Shown here: piece by piece, positions 35,985-46,594 of the stretch
How positions within the stretch are numbered: the stretch's first letter is position 1
Layout of the letters: each line of letters begins with the position of its first letter
Assembly: GCA_016867725.1 (NCBI GenBank)
Contig: VGIX01000001.1
Location: forward strand, 99,575-163,574
Direction of reading: 5' to 3'
Source: Candidatus Effluviviaceae Genus I sp.
GTDB taxonomy: Bacteria; Joyebacterota; Joyebacteria; Joyebacterales; Joyebacteraceae
Length of the DNA: 64,000 nt
Position numbers and translations under genes: made by a program
The notes under the pieces: generated by a model
The model's input: the letters and a program-made list of their open reading frames with translations, nothing else
Told to the model about the DNA's origin: nothing
Databases searched by the model: none

Positions 35985-36944
35985 TCAGCTCTTGAAGTGC
36001 TCGATCACGCGCTCGAGGAGTCCGTCGAGCGAGACCCGCGGCTCGTAGCCGATCGCCGCGCGGATCTTCGCGAGATCGGGGACACGCCGCCGCATGTCCT
36101 CGAAGCCCTGCTCGTACGCCTTCTCGTAGGGGATGTACTCGATCGGGGACGCGCTTCCGGTCATCCGCTTGACCTTCGTCGCGAGTTCCTCGATCGTGAC
36201 CTCCTCGTCGCTCCCGATGTTGAAGACGTTGCCGTTCGCCGCAGGCGTCTCGACGAGCCCCAGCACGCCGCGCACGACGTCCGACACGTCGCAGAAGCAC
36301 CGCGACTGCTTGCCGTCGCCGTAGATGGTGAGCGGGTGGCCCAGCAGCGCCTGCTTCACGAATCTCGGGATGACCATCCCGTACTGCCCCGTCTGCCTAG
36401 GGCCGCACGTGTTGAAGCAGCGCACGATCACGACGGGCAGCTGCTTCTCCCGGTGGTACGCAAGCGCGAGGAACTCGTCCACCGCCTTGGAGTCGGAGTA
36501 GCTCCAGCGCGAGATGGTCGTCGCGCCGAGGATCCTGTCGTCGTTCTCCTTGCAGGGCTGCGAGTTCGCCTTCCCGTAGATCTCCGACGTGGAGAAGACG
36601 ACGGTGGTGCGCTTGCTCTCGTTCGCGTGCTTGAGGACGATCTCCGTGCCGCGGATGTTCGTCTCGAGCGACTTGAGCGGGTTCTCGATGATGTAGGCCA
36701 CGCCCACGGCGGCGGCCAGGTGAAAGACCGTGTCCACCTTCGAGGTGAACTCGCGGACGACGCGTTCGTCGAGGATCGTGTCGATCGTGTAGTGGAACCT
36801 CGGGTGGCTCTCCAGGTGTGCGATGTTCTCGTACCGCCCCGTGGAGAGGTCGTCGATGACCCACACCTCGTCGTTCCTCTCGAGGAGAGTCTCGACGAGA
36901 TGGGAACCGATGAACCCGGCGCCGCCGGTCACGAGCGCCTTCAC
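35985..36944 (-). CDS. NAD-dependent sugar-nucleotide epimerase/dehydratase (SDR family)
   Basis: MKALVTGGAGFIGSHLV, YSDSK catalytic dyad. Confidence 0.85.
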   Translation of the reverse strand: MKALVTGGAGFIGSHLVETLLERNDEVWVIDDLSTGRYENIAHLESHPRFHYTIDTILDERVVREFTSKVDTVFHLAAAVGVAYIIENPLKSLETNIRGTEIVLKHANESKRTTVVFSTSEIYGKANSQPCKENDDRILGATTISRWSYSDSKAVDEFLALAYHREKQLPVVIVRCFNTCGPRQTGQYGMVIPRFVKQALLGHPLTIYGDGKQSRCFCDVSDVVRGVLGLVETPAANGNVFNIGSDEEVTIEELATKVKRMTGSASPIEYIPYEKAYEQGFEDMRRRVPDLAKIRAAIGYEPRVSLDGLLERVIEHFKS

Positions 36945-37366
36945 CCGAGCACCTCCACGGGGGTCGATGAGATCCGACGCCCCCGGCCTGGCCGACGGAG
37001 GCCGGAGACCGGGGAGCGACAGCGGTCCGAGTATACGCGGGCCCGCCGCGCCGAAGCAACCGGTTTTCCGTCGCCCCCATGACCCGTGAGCGCCGTTCGG
37101 TGCAAGGCCCGTGCCTCTCTTCGCGCCCGCCTCGCACCGACCGCCGGGCTCGGCCTGCTACGGCCCCTTCACACCTGGCGCGACGCCCTGTCGCAGGTGT
37201 CGCGAGTGGTCATACGACCCCGCGAACTGGAAGAGCGCCACGATGTGGTGCCACGCGCAGCCGTGCCTGTCAGCGCGCTTGACACTGCGCTCGAGAAACC
37301 CGAGTCCCTTCCGATCGAACACGCCACAGGCGCTGATCTCCCCGAGGTGCTCTCCCGCGTCGTGGC

Positions 37367-40300
37367 TCACGGTGATGACCTGTCCTTCGGTTCGATGCCT
37401 CCCATCGCCTCACGACCTTGGGCGCGGTGCTCGTCGCGGTCCCCCGTGAGTTCTTCGTAGACACCCTCCAGCTCACGGATCATCGCATCCTCCGTGAACG
37501 ACGGATCAAGGTCCTCGCGCGCTCTCCTTACCATCTCAGCACGAAGGGCGGTGTCCCGGGCGAGGAGCGCCAGCCTGTCGACCATGACGTCCACGGCCCC
37601 CTCGGGGACAAGATAGCCGTTCAGCCCGTCGTGGACGCACTCGTCGATCCCGGAGATGTCGTACGAGACAACGGGAACCCCGGTCGCGAGGGCCTGCGGG
37701 ATGACCCGCGGCAGTCCCTCCCACAGGGACGTCATGACAAGAACGTCCATGGCGCGCAGGAGATCCGGCACGTCGCCGCGAATCCCGGGAAGGAGCACAC
37801 GGTCCTTGATCCCGGCGTCCGCCACCGCCCTCTCGACCTCGGCGCGTAGCGGGCCGTCACCGACATAGAGGAAGCGCGCGTTCGCGTGGCGCTTGAGAAG
37901 GCCCTCCGCAACGCGCACGAAGTCGAGCGGGTTCTTCTGCGGCGAGAGCCTGCCGACCGAGCCGACCAGAAGCTCTCCGTCGCCCACGCCGAGACGCGCT
38001 CGCACCGAACGCCCGATCTCCCGGTCCGGCGAGAACGCGTCCATCGGGATCCCGCTCCGGACGAGGCGGTACGCCTCCGGCCGTCCGATGCCGTGCTCGA
38101 GCCCGATGCGGATCGTCCGGTTCGACACGGCCACGAGCGGCCTCGTCCATGGCTGCATGAAACGCTCCAGAAGGACATACAGCCGCCGCACGGCCGGTCG
38201 CATCCGATCGTGGAACCCCCATCCATGCACCGTGTGCACGATGTGCGGGACGCCGGCCAACCGCGCCGCCACGCGGCCCACGATGCCTGCCTTCGAGCTG
38301 TTCGTGTGGACGATGTCGAACGCCCCGCGCCTCATCTGGACGAGGAGCTCGGCCGTGACGCGCACGTCGTCCCAGGGACTCACCTCGCGCACGAGCCTCG
38401 GGAACACGCGCACGACGATGCCGCGAGACCTCGCGTCGGCGCGCAGTGATCCCTCGGGCCCTGTCTGGGGACCGATCCAGAGGTGCGACTCGAATCGCGT
38501 GGGGTCAACCCGCGCCACCGACGCGATGGTGTGCTCCTGGGCGCCCCCCACGATGAGTCGCGTGATGACGTACAGGACCCGCGTCTTGGCAGCCTGTCCC
38601 GCGGCCCGGAGGTGTGTCCCATACACGGTCGCCATGGCGGAGCCGTAGTCGGCGCGCCGCGTGAGCCAAGCGCGCCCGATGTCCACAAGCGCCAGGAAGC
38701 GCCTCGGATCGTCGCTCACCTCGAGGATCTTGCGCGCGATGTCCGCGGGCGCCGCGCTGTCGACGAAGCAGTCCTCGAGCGACGCAGGGAGCGCCTCGGC
38801 GGCCCCGCTCACCCGCCGCACGATCGGCACGCTCCCCCGCGCCAGTGCGTCAAGCACTGCGAGTCCGAGACCCTCGTGGTCCGACAGGAGAAGGACGATG
38901 TCCGCCCGGTCCAGCTCCGCGGCGACGTCATCGACCGCACCGGCAAAGCGGACCATGTGAGCGATGCCGAGGTCCCCGGCGAGCCGGCGGAGTCGCTCCC
39001 CCTCACGGCCCTCCCCGATCACGCTGCATGAGAAGGCGGCGGGCCTCACCCGTTCGAGCTCCGCGACGGCCTCGAGGAACAGGTCCACGCGCTTGACCGG
39101 ATGGAGCCGCGCGACCATCGCAAGCCGCACAGGCCTGCCTGGCACGAGCCTCTCGACCGGAGCGTCCGCGAACGGCACGGTCGGCGGGCTCTCGATGACC
39201 TCGGGGAGCGCTCCGCACCGCCCGAGGTAGGACTTCGCCTCCGCGACGGCGTCGGAGACGGCCAGGACTGCACAGGCGCGCCGAAGCACGAGCCACTCGA
39301 CGAGCCGCCCCCACCACGGGAAGGCCTCGTCCACCCCATGCTTCGTTGAGACGACGGGAGCCCGTCCGCGGAAGCCCAGGAACGCGGCGACGTCGCCCGG
39401 GAGGAGATGGGAGTGAACGAGATCGGCATCAAGAAGAGCGGCGACATCCGCCGCCACCATCCACTCCCCGGGCCTCCGCCATCCGGACATCCCGACGAGA
39501 TGGACCGGGACTCCGCGGCGCCTGAGACGCTCGCCGATCGGCCCGACGTGCGTGAGGCAGAGGATCTCGAACCTGTACGACTCGCGAGCCGGCCCCAGGA
39601 CGAGCGCCTCGATGAGCCTCTGCGAGCCGCCATACTCCATGTTCGGCGTGACCATGAGGACCGTGGGCCTGCGGTCATCGGGCGTCCGCGGCAGCTGGGC
39701 CGGAAGGTCGACGAGTCTCGACGGATGCCCCGGCTGTCCTTCCCACGGAGCGTCCCACCGGAAGCGTCCCAGCGCTCGCGAGAGCAGCCGGTAGATGGCC
39801 CCGCGCCGAGCGGAGGAGCGCCGTCGCCCCCTCGGCCCCAGGAAGGCGAGGGTCGCGTAGAGCCACGCGCGGAGCGCGGCGCGGGCGCGCCAGAGCGCCC
39901 TCACGCGGGACGCCGGCACACCCTCGCCGTCGCAGAAGTACCGGAAGTCGGAGAGAACGCGCGCCGTGAAGGCCTGCGCTTCGACCCCGGACGTTGACGC
40001 CCCTCCATCGTGCCTGAACGTCGCCGCCGGGACGACCGCCACGCGGAGGCCCTTCCGTCTGGCGCGCCGACACCACTCCACGTCCTCGCTGTAGAGGAAG
40101 AAGCCCTCATCCATCGGCCCGAGCGCGGTCAGGGTCTCGCGCCGCAGCGCCATGACGCTCCCGGACACGGCCTCGGTCTCAACCACACCGGCCGCCGTCG
40201 CGGCGCCGACAGGCGACCGGACGCCCCGACGCGGGGGCAGGAAGACGGCCTCTCGCAGGATGTCAATGGGCCGCGGAAGCGCGCGGAACGAGTTCGGATC

Positions 40301-40684
40301 CGGTCGTCCGGAGCGCGTGAGCGCCACGCCTCCGAAAAGCCCGAACCCGCGTTCGGCACGGACGGCGCGCGCAAGCGCTTCGAGAGAACCGGGCGTGGGC
40401 GCCACGTCAGCGTTCATGATGATGTACACGTCGCCACGCGCCGCTTCGAGGCCGCGGTTCACTCCGGCGGCGTAGCCGCGGTTCTCCTGCCCCCGGACGA
40501 GCCGAACGCCGGGGAGCGCCTCGGCAATGCGGTCGGGGCTCCCGTCGCCGGACGCGTTGTCCACGACGACGATCTCTGCGTCCAGGCCGTCCGCTTCGCG
40601 GACGATGGCCCGCAGCGTCTCAACGACCTTCCCACCGCCGTTGAAGTTGACGATGATGACGGAGACACCGACCGTCGCGCTCAT
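37367..40684 (-). CDS. Tri-domain glycosyltransferase (N-terminal GT2 domain plus two tandem GT4/group-1 domains), 1105 aa
   Basis: GT2: VSVIIVNFNGG...VVDNASGDGS...DVEWCRRA. Two GT-B group-1 domains with E-x7-E-like regions (LSDHEGLGLAVLDALARGSVPIV; TSLWEGLPRVIPQALATGVPVV). Confidence 0.75.
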   Translation of the reverse strand: MSATVGVSVIIVNFNGGGKVVETLRAIVREADGLDAEIVVVDNASGDGSPDRIAEALPGVRLVRGQENRGYAAGVNRGLEAARGDVYIIMNADVAPTPGSLEALARAVRAERGFGLFGGVALTRSGRPDPNSFRALPRPIDILREAVFLPPRRGVRSPVGAATAAGVVETEAVSGSVMALRRETLTALGPMDEGFFLYSEDVEWCRRARRKGLRVAVVPAATFRHDGGASTSGVEAQAFTARVLSDFRYFCDGEGVPASRVRALWRARAALRAWLYATLAFLGPRGRRRSSARRGAIYRLLSRALGRFRWDAPWEGQPGHPSRLVDLPAQLPRTPDDRRPTVLMVTPNMEYGGSQRLIEALVLGPARESYRFEILCLTHVGPIGERLRRRGVPVHLVGMSGWRRPGEWMVAADVAALLDADLVHSHLLPGDVAAFLGFRGRAPVVSTKHGVDEAFPWWGRLVEWLVLRRACAVLAVSDAVAEAKSYLGRCGALPEVIESPPTVPFADAPVERLVPGRPVRLAMVARLHPVKRVDLFLEAVAELERVRPAAFSCSVIGEGREGERLRRLAGDLGIAHMVRFAGAVDDVAAELDRADIVLLLSDHEGLGLAVLDALARGSVPIVRRVSGAAEALPASLEDCFVDSAAPADIARKILEVSDDPRRFLALVDIGRAWLTRRADYGSAMATVYGTHLRAAGQAAKTRVLYVITRLIVGGAQEHTIASVARVDPTRFESHLWIGPQTGPEGSLRADARSRGIVVRVFPRLVREVSPWDDVRVTAELLVQMRRGAFDIVHTNSSKAGIVGRVAARLAGVPHIVHTVHGWGFHDRMRPAVRRLYVLLERFMQPWTRPLVAVSNRTIRIGLEHGIGRPEAYRLVRSGIPMDAFSPDREIGRSVRARLGVGDGELLVGSVGRLSPQKNPLDFVRVAEGLLKRHANARFLYVGDGPLRAEVERAVADAGIKDRVLLPGIRGDVPDLLRAMDVLVMTSLWEGLPRVIPQALATGVPVVSYDISGIDECVHDGLNGYLVPEGAVDVMVDRLALLARDTALRAEMVRRAREDLDPSFTEDAMIRELEGVYEELTGDRDEHRAQGREAMGGIEPKDRSSP

Positions 40685-42120
40685 GCGGCTTCGCCTCCTC
40701 CCGCGGCCGTGGCCGTGCTCGCTTCCACCGCTCCTGGACCGCCGGGCGCCAGCCGAAGCGCCTCCGCCGCAGCATAGAAGAGCCAGAGCACGGAGTTCGT
40801 GCTCACGTTGGCGGCGGGTATGAGCTGCGCCTGCGCGAAGAAGACCACCGCGCCGATCAGCAGGGCTGTTCCGACACGCGCACGGTCGGGCGAGCGCGAC
40901 CGGTCGTTTCTCAGGGCGTGCACGTTGCGGATGAACCGGACAAGCAGCGCAACGTAGAGCGAAAGGCCGACCAGCCCCAGCGCGACGGCCCTCTGGAGGA
41001 AGTAGTTCTCCGCCGTGTAGGCGACCGGGTCAGCCCGCGTGATCCGGTACTCCCCCTGCATGGCGCTCCGGATCCCCCCCCAACCGACCCCGAGAAGCGG
41101 GTGGTCGCGGATGATCATGAACGACTGCTCATAGGTCACCAGACGAGCGGCCGTCGTGGCCGCGTCCCCCTTGAGCATACGCTCGAGCTTGGCCACGAGC
41201 GGCGGGGGTGCGAGCACCGCAAGGGCGATCACGGCAGCGACAAGCGCTGCCACCAGCCGCCGGGAGCGGAGCGCCAGCACGGCGGCGACGAACGATGCCA
41301 GGACGCCCACGACCCCGCTGGCGGAGTACGTGAGGAGGTTCGCGGCCACGGCGAGCCCTGCGAGCGCGAGGAGAACTCCTCGCCTCGCCGCGCTCCGCGC
41401 GCCGGCGGCGAGGCCCAGCGAGAGCCCGAGAGCGATGGACATGTAGTGGGAGAAGTGAAGCGGGTGGTCCATCGTCGAGAAGACGCGCAGGAACGGCGTT
41501 CCCCGCAGGTCGTACGCCGTGGCCCGGTATCCCCAGGCCGGCACGGGCGCCCCGTACGGAAGGGAAGCCTGGTAGAAGCCGTAGAGCGCCGGCACCACGA
41601 GACTCGCCGCGACGGCGGCGAGCGCGCGCAGAGCATCCTCGGGGGTCCTGATGATCGACGCCGCGAGGGCGAAGACCACGAGCTGCATGACGATGCGGTA
41701 GACGGAGGCCACGCCCCAGAACACGTTGGAGGCGGTGTAGAGACCTACGAGGGAGAGCAGCATGATGGCGCCGATGACCCGAAGCGACGCGCTCTCTCTG
41801 AGAGGCCGCGCGATCCCATCCCGTCGGATCACGGCCGCGAGGAGGATGATCGCCAGGAAGTCGATCGGGTACGCCGACACCGTGCCCGCGATACTGAACG
41901 ACAGAGGCTCCTTGAGCGGCAGCGTGAGCAGAACGAGGTACCACATGCCGCGAATCGCCCCGAAGCGCCAGACGAGGAACCCCGCGACCGCCGCGCCTCC
42001 CACGACGAGCGACACGGCGAACGGCGCGAACGCGACGCCGAGCGCGATCGCCGCGATGGCGACCGCGAACACGGCCCATGGGCATCCGAGGGCCCGCCGT
42101 GCGACGCCCCGCTCGATCAC
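40681..42120 (-). CDS. O-antigen ligase / Wzy-type polysaccharide polymerase family membrane protein
   Basis: About 10-12 TM helices with a large periplasmic loop (Wzy_C-like); GTG start 42118..42120 overlaps the wzx stop (GTGA). Confidence 0.7.
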   Translation of the reverse strand: MIERGVARRALGCPWAVFAVAIAAIALGVAFAPFAVSLVVGGAAVAGFLVWRFGAIRGMWYLVLLTLPLKEPLSFSIAGTVSAYPIDFLAIILLAAVIRRDGIARPLRESASLRVIGAIMLLSLVGLYTASNVFWGVASVYRIVMQLVVFALAASIIRTPEDALRALAAVAASLVVPALYGFYQASLPYGAPVPAWGYRATAYDLRGTPFLRVFSTMDHPLHFSHYMSIALGLSLGLAAGARSAARRGVLLALAGLAVAANLLTYSASGVVGVLASFVAAVLALRSRRLVAALVAAVIALAVLAPPPLVAKLERMLKGDAATTAARLVTYEQSFMIIRDHPLLGVGWGGIRSAMQGEYRITRADPVAYTAENYFLQRAVALGLVGLSLYVALLVRFIRNVHALRNDRSRSPDRARVGTALLIGAVVFFAQAQLIPAANVSTNSVLWLFYAAAEALRLAPGGPGAVEASTATAAGGGEAA

Positions 42121-43586
42121 CGCTCCCCTCCGTCCCCGCGCGGACCCCGAGCGAGGTTGGCCGGCGCCAGCCACTTCGCGCACTCCGTCCGCGCGACCCC
42201 ATCGATGCCGAGCCACACGGCGGCGTAGACGGCCGCGAGGAGGACCCCGAGCGCGACAACGGCGCCGACACCGACGTCCGGCGGGAGACCTCGGGCCGCG
42301 CCGGCCGCCAGCGGCGCCACCGCCGCAGCCGCAACGAGGGGGCGCGCCACCGCGCGACCGAGTTCCCGCGCGGGAGCGCCGAGGAGGCGGAGCGCCGCCG
42401 CCCATCCCGCGATGCTCGACGCGAGCATGGCGAGCGCCATGACGAGTGCCACCCCCAGGATCCCCGCCCACCGCGCCGCCGCCCACACGCCGGCAGCCGC
42501 GAGCGCGAAGCGAAGCGCCGAGATCCTGCGGAAGACGGCCGGGCGCCCGATGCCCACGACGAGATCCTCCGAGAGCGAGGAGAACGAGTGAAACAGGCCC
42601 AGAAACGCCAGGACCGTCAGCGCGCCCCGCGCGTCGAGCCACTTCTCACCGTACGCCGCCTCAAGGAAGCGGCCTCCGAGCGAGGCCACGCCGATGACGA
42701 AGAGAGACCCCAGGGCGCAGGCGTACGACGTCGCCCGCAGGAAGAGCGCCGTGCGGTCTCCGGCCGTCGCCTTCCCCGACGCATACGACGGCAGGAGCAC
42801 CGTGTTCAGCGCACGGACGGCATAGCTTGCCGGCACGCTGGCGAGCGTGAACGCGAACGCGTAGGTGCCAAGCTCCCGTGTGCTGAGGATCTTCCCGATG
42901 GCCACCCGATCGACACCCTGGTAGAGGAAGACGAGCAAGGTCCCCCCGAGCACCACCCAACCCACGCTCAGGTCCGCCCACGCCAGTGACCGATCGAAGC
43001 GGAAGCGCGGCCGCCACGGTGACTGGATCCAGTACGCGATCATCTCCCCGGCGGCGGCGGCGGCTTCCGCCCCGGCGAGAGCCCACACGCCGGCGCCCCG
43101 AGTGGCGAGCACGAGCGCCGTGGCGGCGTAGACGGCCGATCCGGCCAGTCCGGGCGCCAACTGCTTCGAGAAGGCGAGGTCCTTCTCGAAGCGCCTCGAG
43201 GGAACCGTCTGAAGCGCGCGAAAGAGAACGACGAGCGAACACAGGCGATACGGCCCCGCGAGGTCCGTCTGACCAAACACGACGCGGAGGAGCGGCGCGG
43301 AGACCCAGGCCAACGCCAGGAAGAGCACGCCGAGCGCGAGCGACAGGATGAAGATCGTGTCGCTCGCCTCGTCGACGCGCTCACGCCGGAGAAGGAGCGC
43401 CTGACCGAGGCCGAACCCCTGGAAGAGGGTGAACCCGTTGACAACCACGAAGATGGCCGCGAACTGCCCGAATTCCTCGGGGGCAAGCATGCCGCCGAGA
43501 AGGAGGAACGAGAGGTAGCGGGCGGCCCTTGCCAGGGCCATGGTGCTCACGACCCACAGGAATCCCCGTGCCACGATGCGCTTCAT
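42117..43586 (-). CDS. wzx: Polysaccharide flippase (Wzx, MOP superfamily)
   Basis: About 12-14 TM helices, typical Wzx N-terminal region; start at MKRIVARGF; could extend to 43610. Confidence 0.7.
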   Translation of the reverse strand: MKRIVARGFLWVVSTMALARAARYLSFLLLGGMLAPEEFGQFAAIFVVVNGFTLFQGFGLGQALLLRRERVDEASDTIFILSLALGVLFLALAWVSAPLLRVVFGQTDLAGPYRLCSLVVLFRALQTVPSRRFEKDLAFSKQLAPGLAGSAVYAATALVLATRGAGVWALAGAEAAAAAGEMIAYWIQSPWRPRFRFDRSLAWADLSVGWVVLGGTLLVFLYQGVDRVAIGKILSTRELGTYAFAFTLASVPASYAVRALNTVLLPSYASGKATAGDRTALFLRATSYACALGSLFVIGVASLGGRFLEAAYGEKWLDARGALTVLAFLGLFHSFSSLSEDLVVGIGRPAVFRRISALRFALAAAGVWAAARWAGILGVALVMALAMLASSIAGWAAALRLLGAPARELGRAVARPLVAAAAVAPLAAGAARGLPPDVGVGAVVALGVLLAAVYAAVWLGIDGVARTECAKWLAPANLARGPRGDGGER

Positions 43587-43613
43587 CGGCGTTCCCGTGT
43601 GCGGCGACAAGGG

Positions 43614-44819
43614 CTAGCGCCCGCCGCGCATGTGGGCCAGTCGGCGGGCCGCTCGGAAGAGCGCTGCCAGCTCGGGCGCAGCGCCCGCGCTTCGCGCCTT
43701 CCACTCGTCCTCCGAGCGGAGGATGACGTCGCAGGCGAACGCGATCCCGGCCCCTGCGATCGCGGCCAGGATCACGGTGAGCGCAACGATGAGACTTCTG
43801 CGGGGCCGCGACTTCCTGATCGGAGGCACCGCCCTGTCGACGACCTGGATCGTGCGGAGGTCCTTCGCCTCCTGGATGCGGGACTCCTCGTACTGCGCCG
43901 TCAGGTACTCGTGGACCTTCTCCTTGACCAGCACGTCTCTCGTGAGCCTCGCGTACTCGACGCCGAGCTTCGGGATCTGAGAGAGGGGAAGGAAGACGGC
44001 ACCAGATGCTTCGTCGCCGGACTGCGGTGTCGCACCAGCCAGGCTCCCGATCTTCGCGTCGAGCTCGCCGATCCGCGTCTCAAGCTCCACCATGCGAACG
44101 TGGGCCGGCGCCGCATAGTCGCCGAGGATGCCGCGCTCAACCTCGAGCCTCACGCGCTCGGCCTCCAGCGTTGCCGCGGCCTCCACGCTCACGCGAGTCT
44201 GCTCGGTCAGCTCGATCACGCCATGGCGTTCCTGAAACGACTGGAGCGCCGCAGTCGTTTCCCTGAGGAGCGCGTCATTCTCGTCGCGGCACCGGCTGAT
44301 GAACTCCGTCGTCAGGCGGGCCTGTTCGATGCTCGTCGTCCTGTTGTAGGCGTCCAGAAGATCCACGAGCGCGTTCGCCATCTCGGCCGCGCGGTCCTTG
44401 CTGCGATCCTCTACCCGGACCTCGATGAGGCCCTCCGGGGTGCTGTCCACCTTCACGTGCTGCGCAAGCCGGCGGATCGCGTGCTCCCTCGTCCGCGAGC
44501 GGTACACTCGCGCGAGGTCGAATCGGTCGACCAGCTGCTCGCGCAGTCGCCTGCTCTTCAGGATGCCGATCGTGACATCGAGCGACGGCGTGTCCGACGC
44601 CAGTCCCATTCCGGCGAGGTCAATGCCCAGGCGCGACGTGATCTGTACGAGGCTTGACCGTGCCTCGGACTCCTGCGGCGGGAGGATCGTCGAGCTCGCA
44701 GCATACCACGTGGGAAGGACGAGGCTCACCGCCACCGAGACGACCACCGCCGCCAGGACCAGTCGGTAGATGAGGGTCTTCCACTCGAGGAGCACATCGA
44801 GCATCGGCTTCGAGGTCAC
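43614..44819 (-). CDS. wzz: Polysaccharide co-polymerase / chain-length determinant (Wzz-like)
   Basis: N- and C-terminal TM helices flanking a coiled-coil periplasmic domain. Confidence 0.7.
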   Translation of the reverse strand: MTSKPMLDVLLEWKTLIYRLVLAAVVVSVAVSLVLPTWYAASSTILPPQESEARSSLVQITSRLGIDLAGMGLASDTPSLDVTIGILKSRRLREQLVDRFDLARVYRSRTREHAIRRLAQHVKVDSTPEGLIEVRVEDRSKDRAAEMANALVDLLDAYNRTTSIEQARLTTEFISRCRDENDALLRETTAALQSFQERHGVIELTEQTRVSVEAAATLEAERVRLEVERGILGDYAAPAHVRMVELETRIGELDAKIGSLAGATPQSGDEASGAVFLPLSQIPKLGVEYARLTRDVLVKEKVHEYLTAQYEESRIQEAKDLRTIQVVDRAVPPIRKSRPRRSLIVALTVILAAIAGAGIAFACDVILRSEDEWKARSAGAAPELAALFRAARRLAHMRGGR

Positions 44820-44862
44820 GCTTCCTGCCTTCCTCCACGCTCGGGCACGCGGCAGTGACCTG

Positions 44863-46464
44863 CTACTTCGTGGCCTGGTTGATGAGAAGGTACGCGGTCG
44901 CCAGCGAGCCGGCGAAGGACGCGATGTCCCTCGCGGTCCTCCACCAGTCGGACTCCGGCCGCTCGGGGACCCAGACCTCGTCGCCGGGCAGGATCGGGCC
45001 GGCTTCCCGCGCGGTCAGACGCTGCCCCGTGGCCGCCCGCACGACGCGAGTTCCGGTCCTCTTCGCCTGGGACGCGAACCCGCCCGCCCGTGCCACGTAG
45101 TACCGAGCGTCCTTCCCCGGCGCGAAGGCAACGTGCCCGGGGCGCGTGACGCGCCCGCTCACGGTCACGGTCGTGATCGCTCTCGGCACGAGGATCCGAT
45201 CGCCGTCCCTCAGGAGGGGGTCGTTGGACGCGCCGGCGACGAGCAGGCCCTCGAAGTCGGCCACGACCGTTCCCTCGAGCTCGGTCGACTTCGCCTTGAA
45301 GTAGGCGTACTCGGTCTCCGTCATGTCGCCGGCGGTCATCGTCTTGAGCCGCTCGAGCTCGGCGTCCATGTCCGCCGCCCCCTGACGGCGCACGAGTCTC
45401 GCGTTGCGCAGGGATGCCGCCGCCGTCGGCCCGCCGGCCCGGGCAAGAACGTCGGACAGGCGGTCGATCCCCTCGTTGATGCCATACACGCCGGGGTGGA
45501 CGAGTTCGCCCTCCGCGGAGACGAAACGAACGACCCGCCACTCGCTCCGCTGCTGCACGTAGACCTGATCGCCGTCCACGAGCGGGACCGCGGCGCCGTC
45601 CGAGCCTGTGAGGTCCACGACGCGGGCACCCGTCTTCACGTCGTCCCTGAACGTCCTGAGCTCGACGGTCTCAGTCACCGCGCCTCGGACGAAGCCTCCT
45701 GCCAGGGCGATGAGCGACCCGACGGTCTCTCCGTCGGTCAGCTCGTACCGCCCCGGTCGGGCAACGCCCCCATAGGCGTGAACGAACAGGGTGGCGAAGG
45801 GCACGAAGATGACATCGCCGTCCAGGACCGGCGGGTTTGACTTGATGTCACCGGTGTTCCTGTATCTCGCGAGGTCGGCTCGTGCGGTGGAACCGTCCCG
45901 ACGGGTGATGACGATGTTGCGGTCGCTCCCGCCGCTCAGCAGGCCGCCGGCCTTCCCAACAAGCTCGCTCGTGAGATCGAGGGCCGTTGCGGAGTACTCC
46001 CCCGGCGCCGCAACGGCCCCGAGGACGTTGACCCACATGGTCCTGAGCCCGACAAGCGACACGCTCACGTCCATGCCGTGGTAGAGCTTCCCCAGACGAG
46101 CCTCGACGTCGGCCTTGAGCGCCGCGAGCGTCCGTCCCGCCGCGGGAATGGGAGCGACCCCCGAGAGGATCAGATCTCCCTCCGGGGTGATCGTCTCGCG
46201 CCAACTCAGGACGGTTCGTCCCCAGAGCGCGATGGAGATACCGTCGCCCGGCCCGACGATGTAGGTGTCGGGATCGACCGGTCCGCGGAGCGCCGGCGGC
46301 TCCTTCAGCGGAGAGGCCGCCGAGGCTGCGGGCGAGATGCCTGCGGCGCTCGCGCCCTGCGCGGCAGCCAGGCCGAGAGCCGCGGCATCCCTGCTGCCGT
46401 CCACGCCGTGTCCTGCCGACGCGGCAAGCGCGATCGTGAGGACCGCGACTGCGATCACGTGCAT
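44863..46464 (-). CDS. wza: Polysaccharide export protein (Wza/OPX family with SLBB domains)
   Basis: Signal peptide; Poly_export motif (YIVGPGD); repeated SLBB-like beta domains. Confidence 0.7.
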   Translation of the reverse strand: MHVIAVAVLTIALAASAGHGVDGSRDAAALGLAAAQGASAAGISPAASAASPLKEPPALRGPVDPDTYIVGPGDGISIALWGRTVLSWRETITPEGDLILSGVAPIPAAGRTLAALKADVEARLGKLYHGMDVSVSLVGLRTMWVNVLGAVAAPGEYSATALDLTSELVGKAGGLLSGGSDRNIVITRRDGSTARADLARYRNTGDIKSNPPVLDGDVIFVPFATLFVHAYGGVARPGRYELTDGETVGSLIALAGGFVRGAVTETVELRTFRDDVKTGARVVDLTGSDGAAVPLVDGDQVYVQQRSEWRVVRFVSAEGELVHPGVYGINEGIDRLSDVLARAGGPTAAASLRNARLVRRQGAADMDAELERLKTMTAGDMTETEYAYFKAKSTELEGTVVADFEGLLVAGASNDPLLRDGDRILVPRAITTVTVSGRVTRPGHVAFAPGKDARYYVARAGGFASQAKRTGTRVVRAATGQRLTAREAGPILPGDEVWVPERPESDWWRTARDIASFAGSLATAYLLINQATK

Positions 46465-46594
46465 CTCGCGCAGGTTCAGGGTCTTGCCTCCCTCGCGCAC
46501 GGGCGCCCCTCGGGGCGACCGAGTATGGTGGACGCGTCTCGCCGCGGTCAAGGTCGTTCGCCGCGCGGATCCGCTTCGCCGCGGTCCGCCGTTC

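Noticed and set aside
37158-37370. 70-aa minus-strand ORF in the 420-nt gap between the tri-domain GT and the epimerase
   Set aside because: It has no RBS and no recognisable family, and it overlaps the stop of the upstream gene. It more likely lies in non-coding spacer or promoter sequence.
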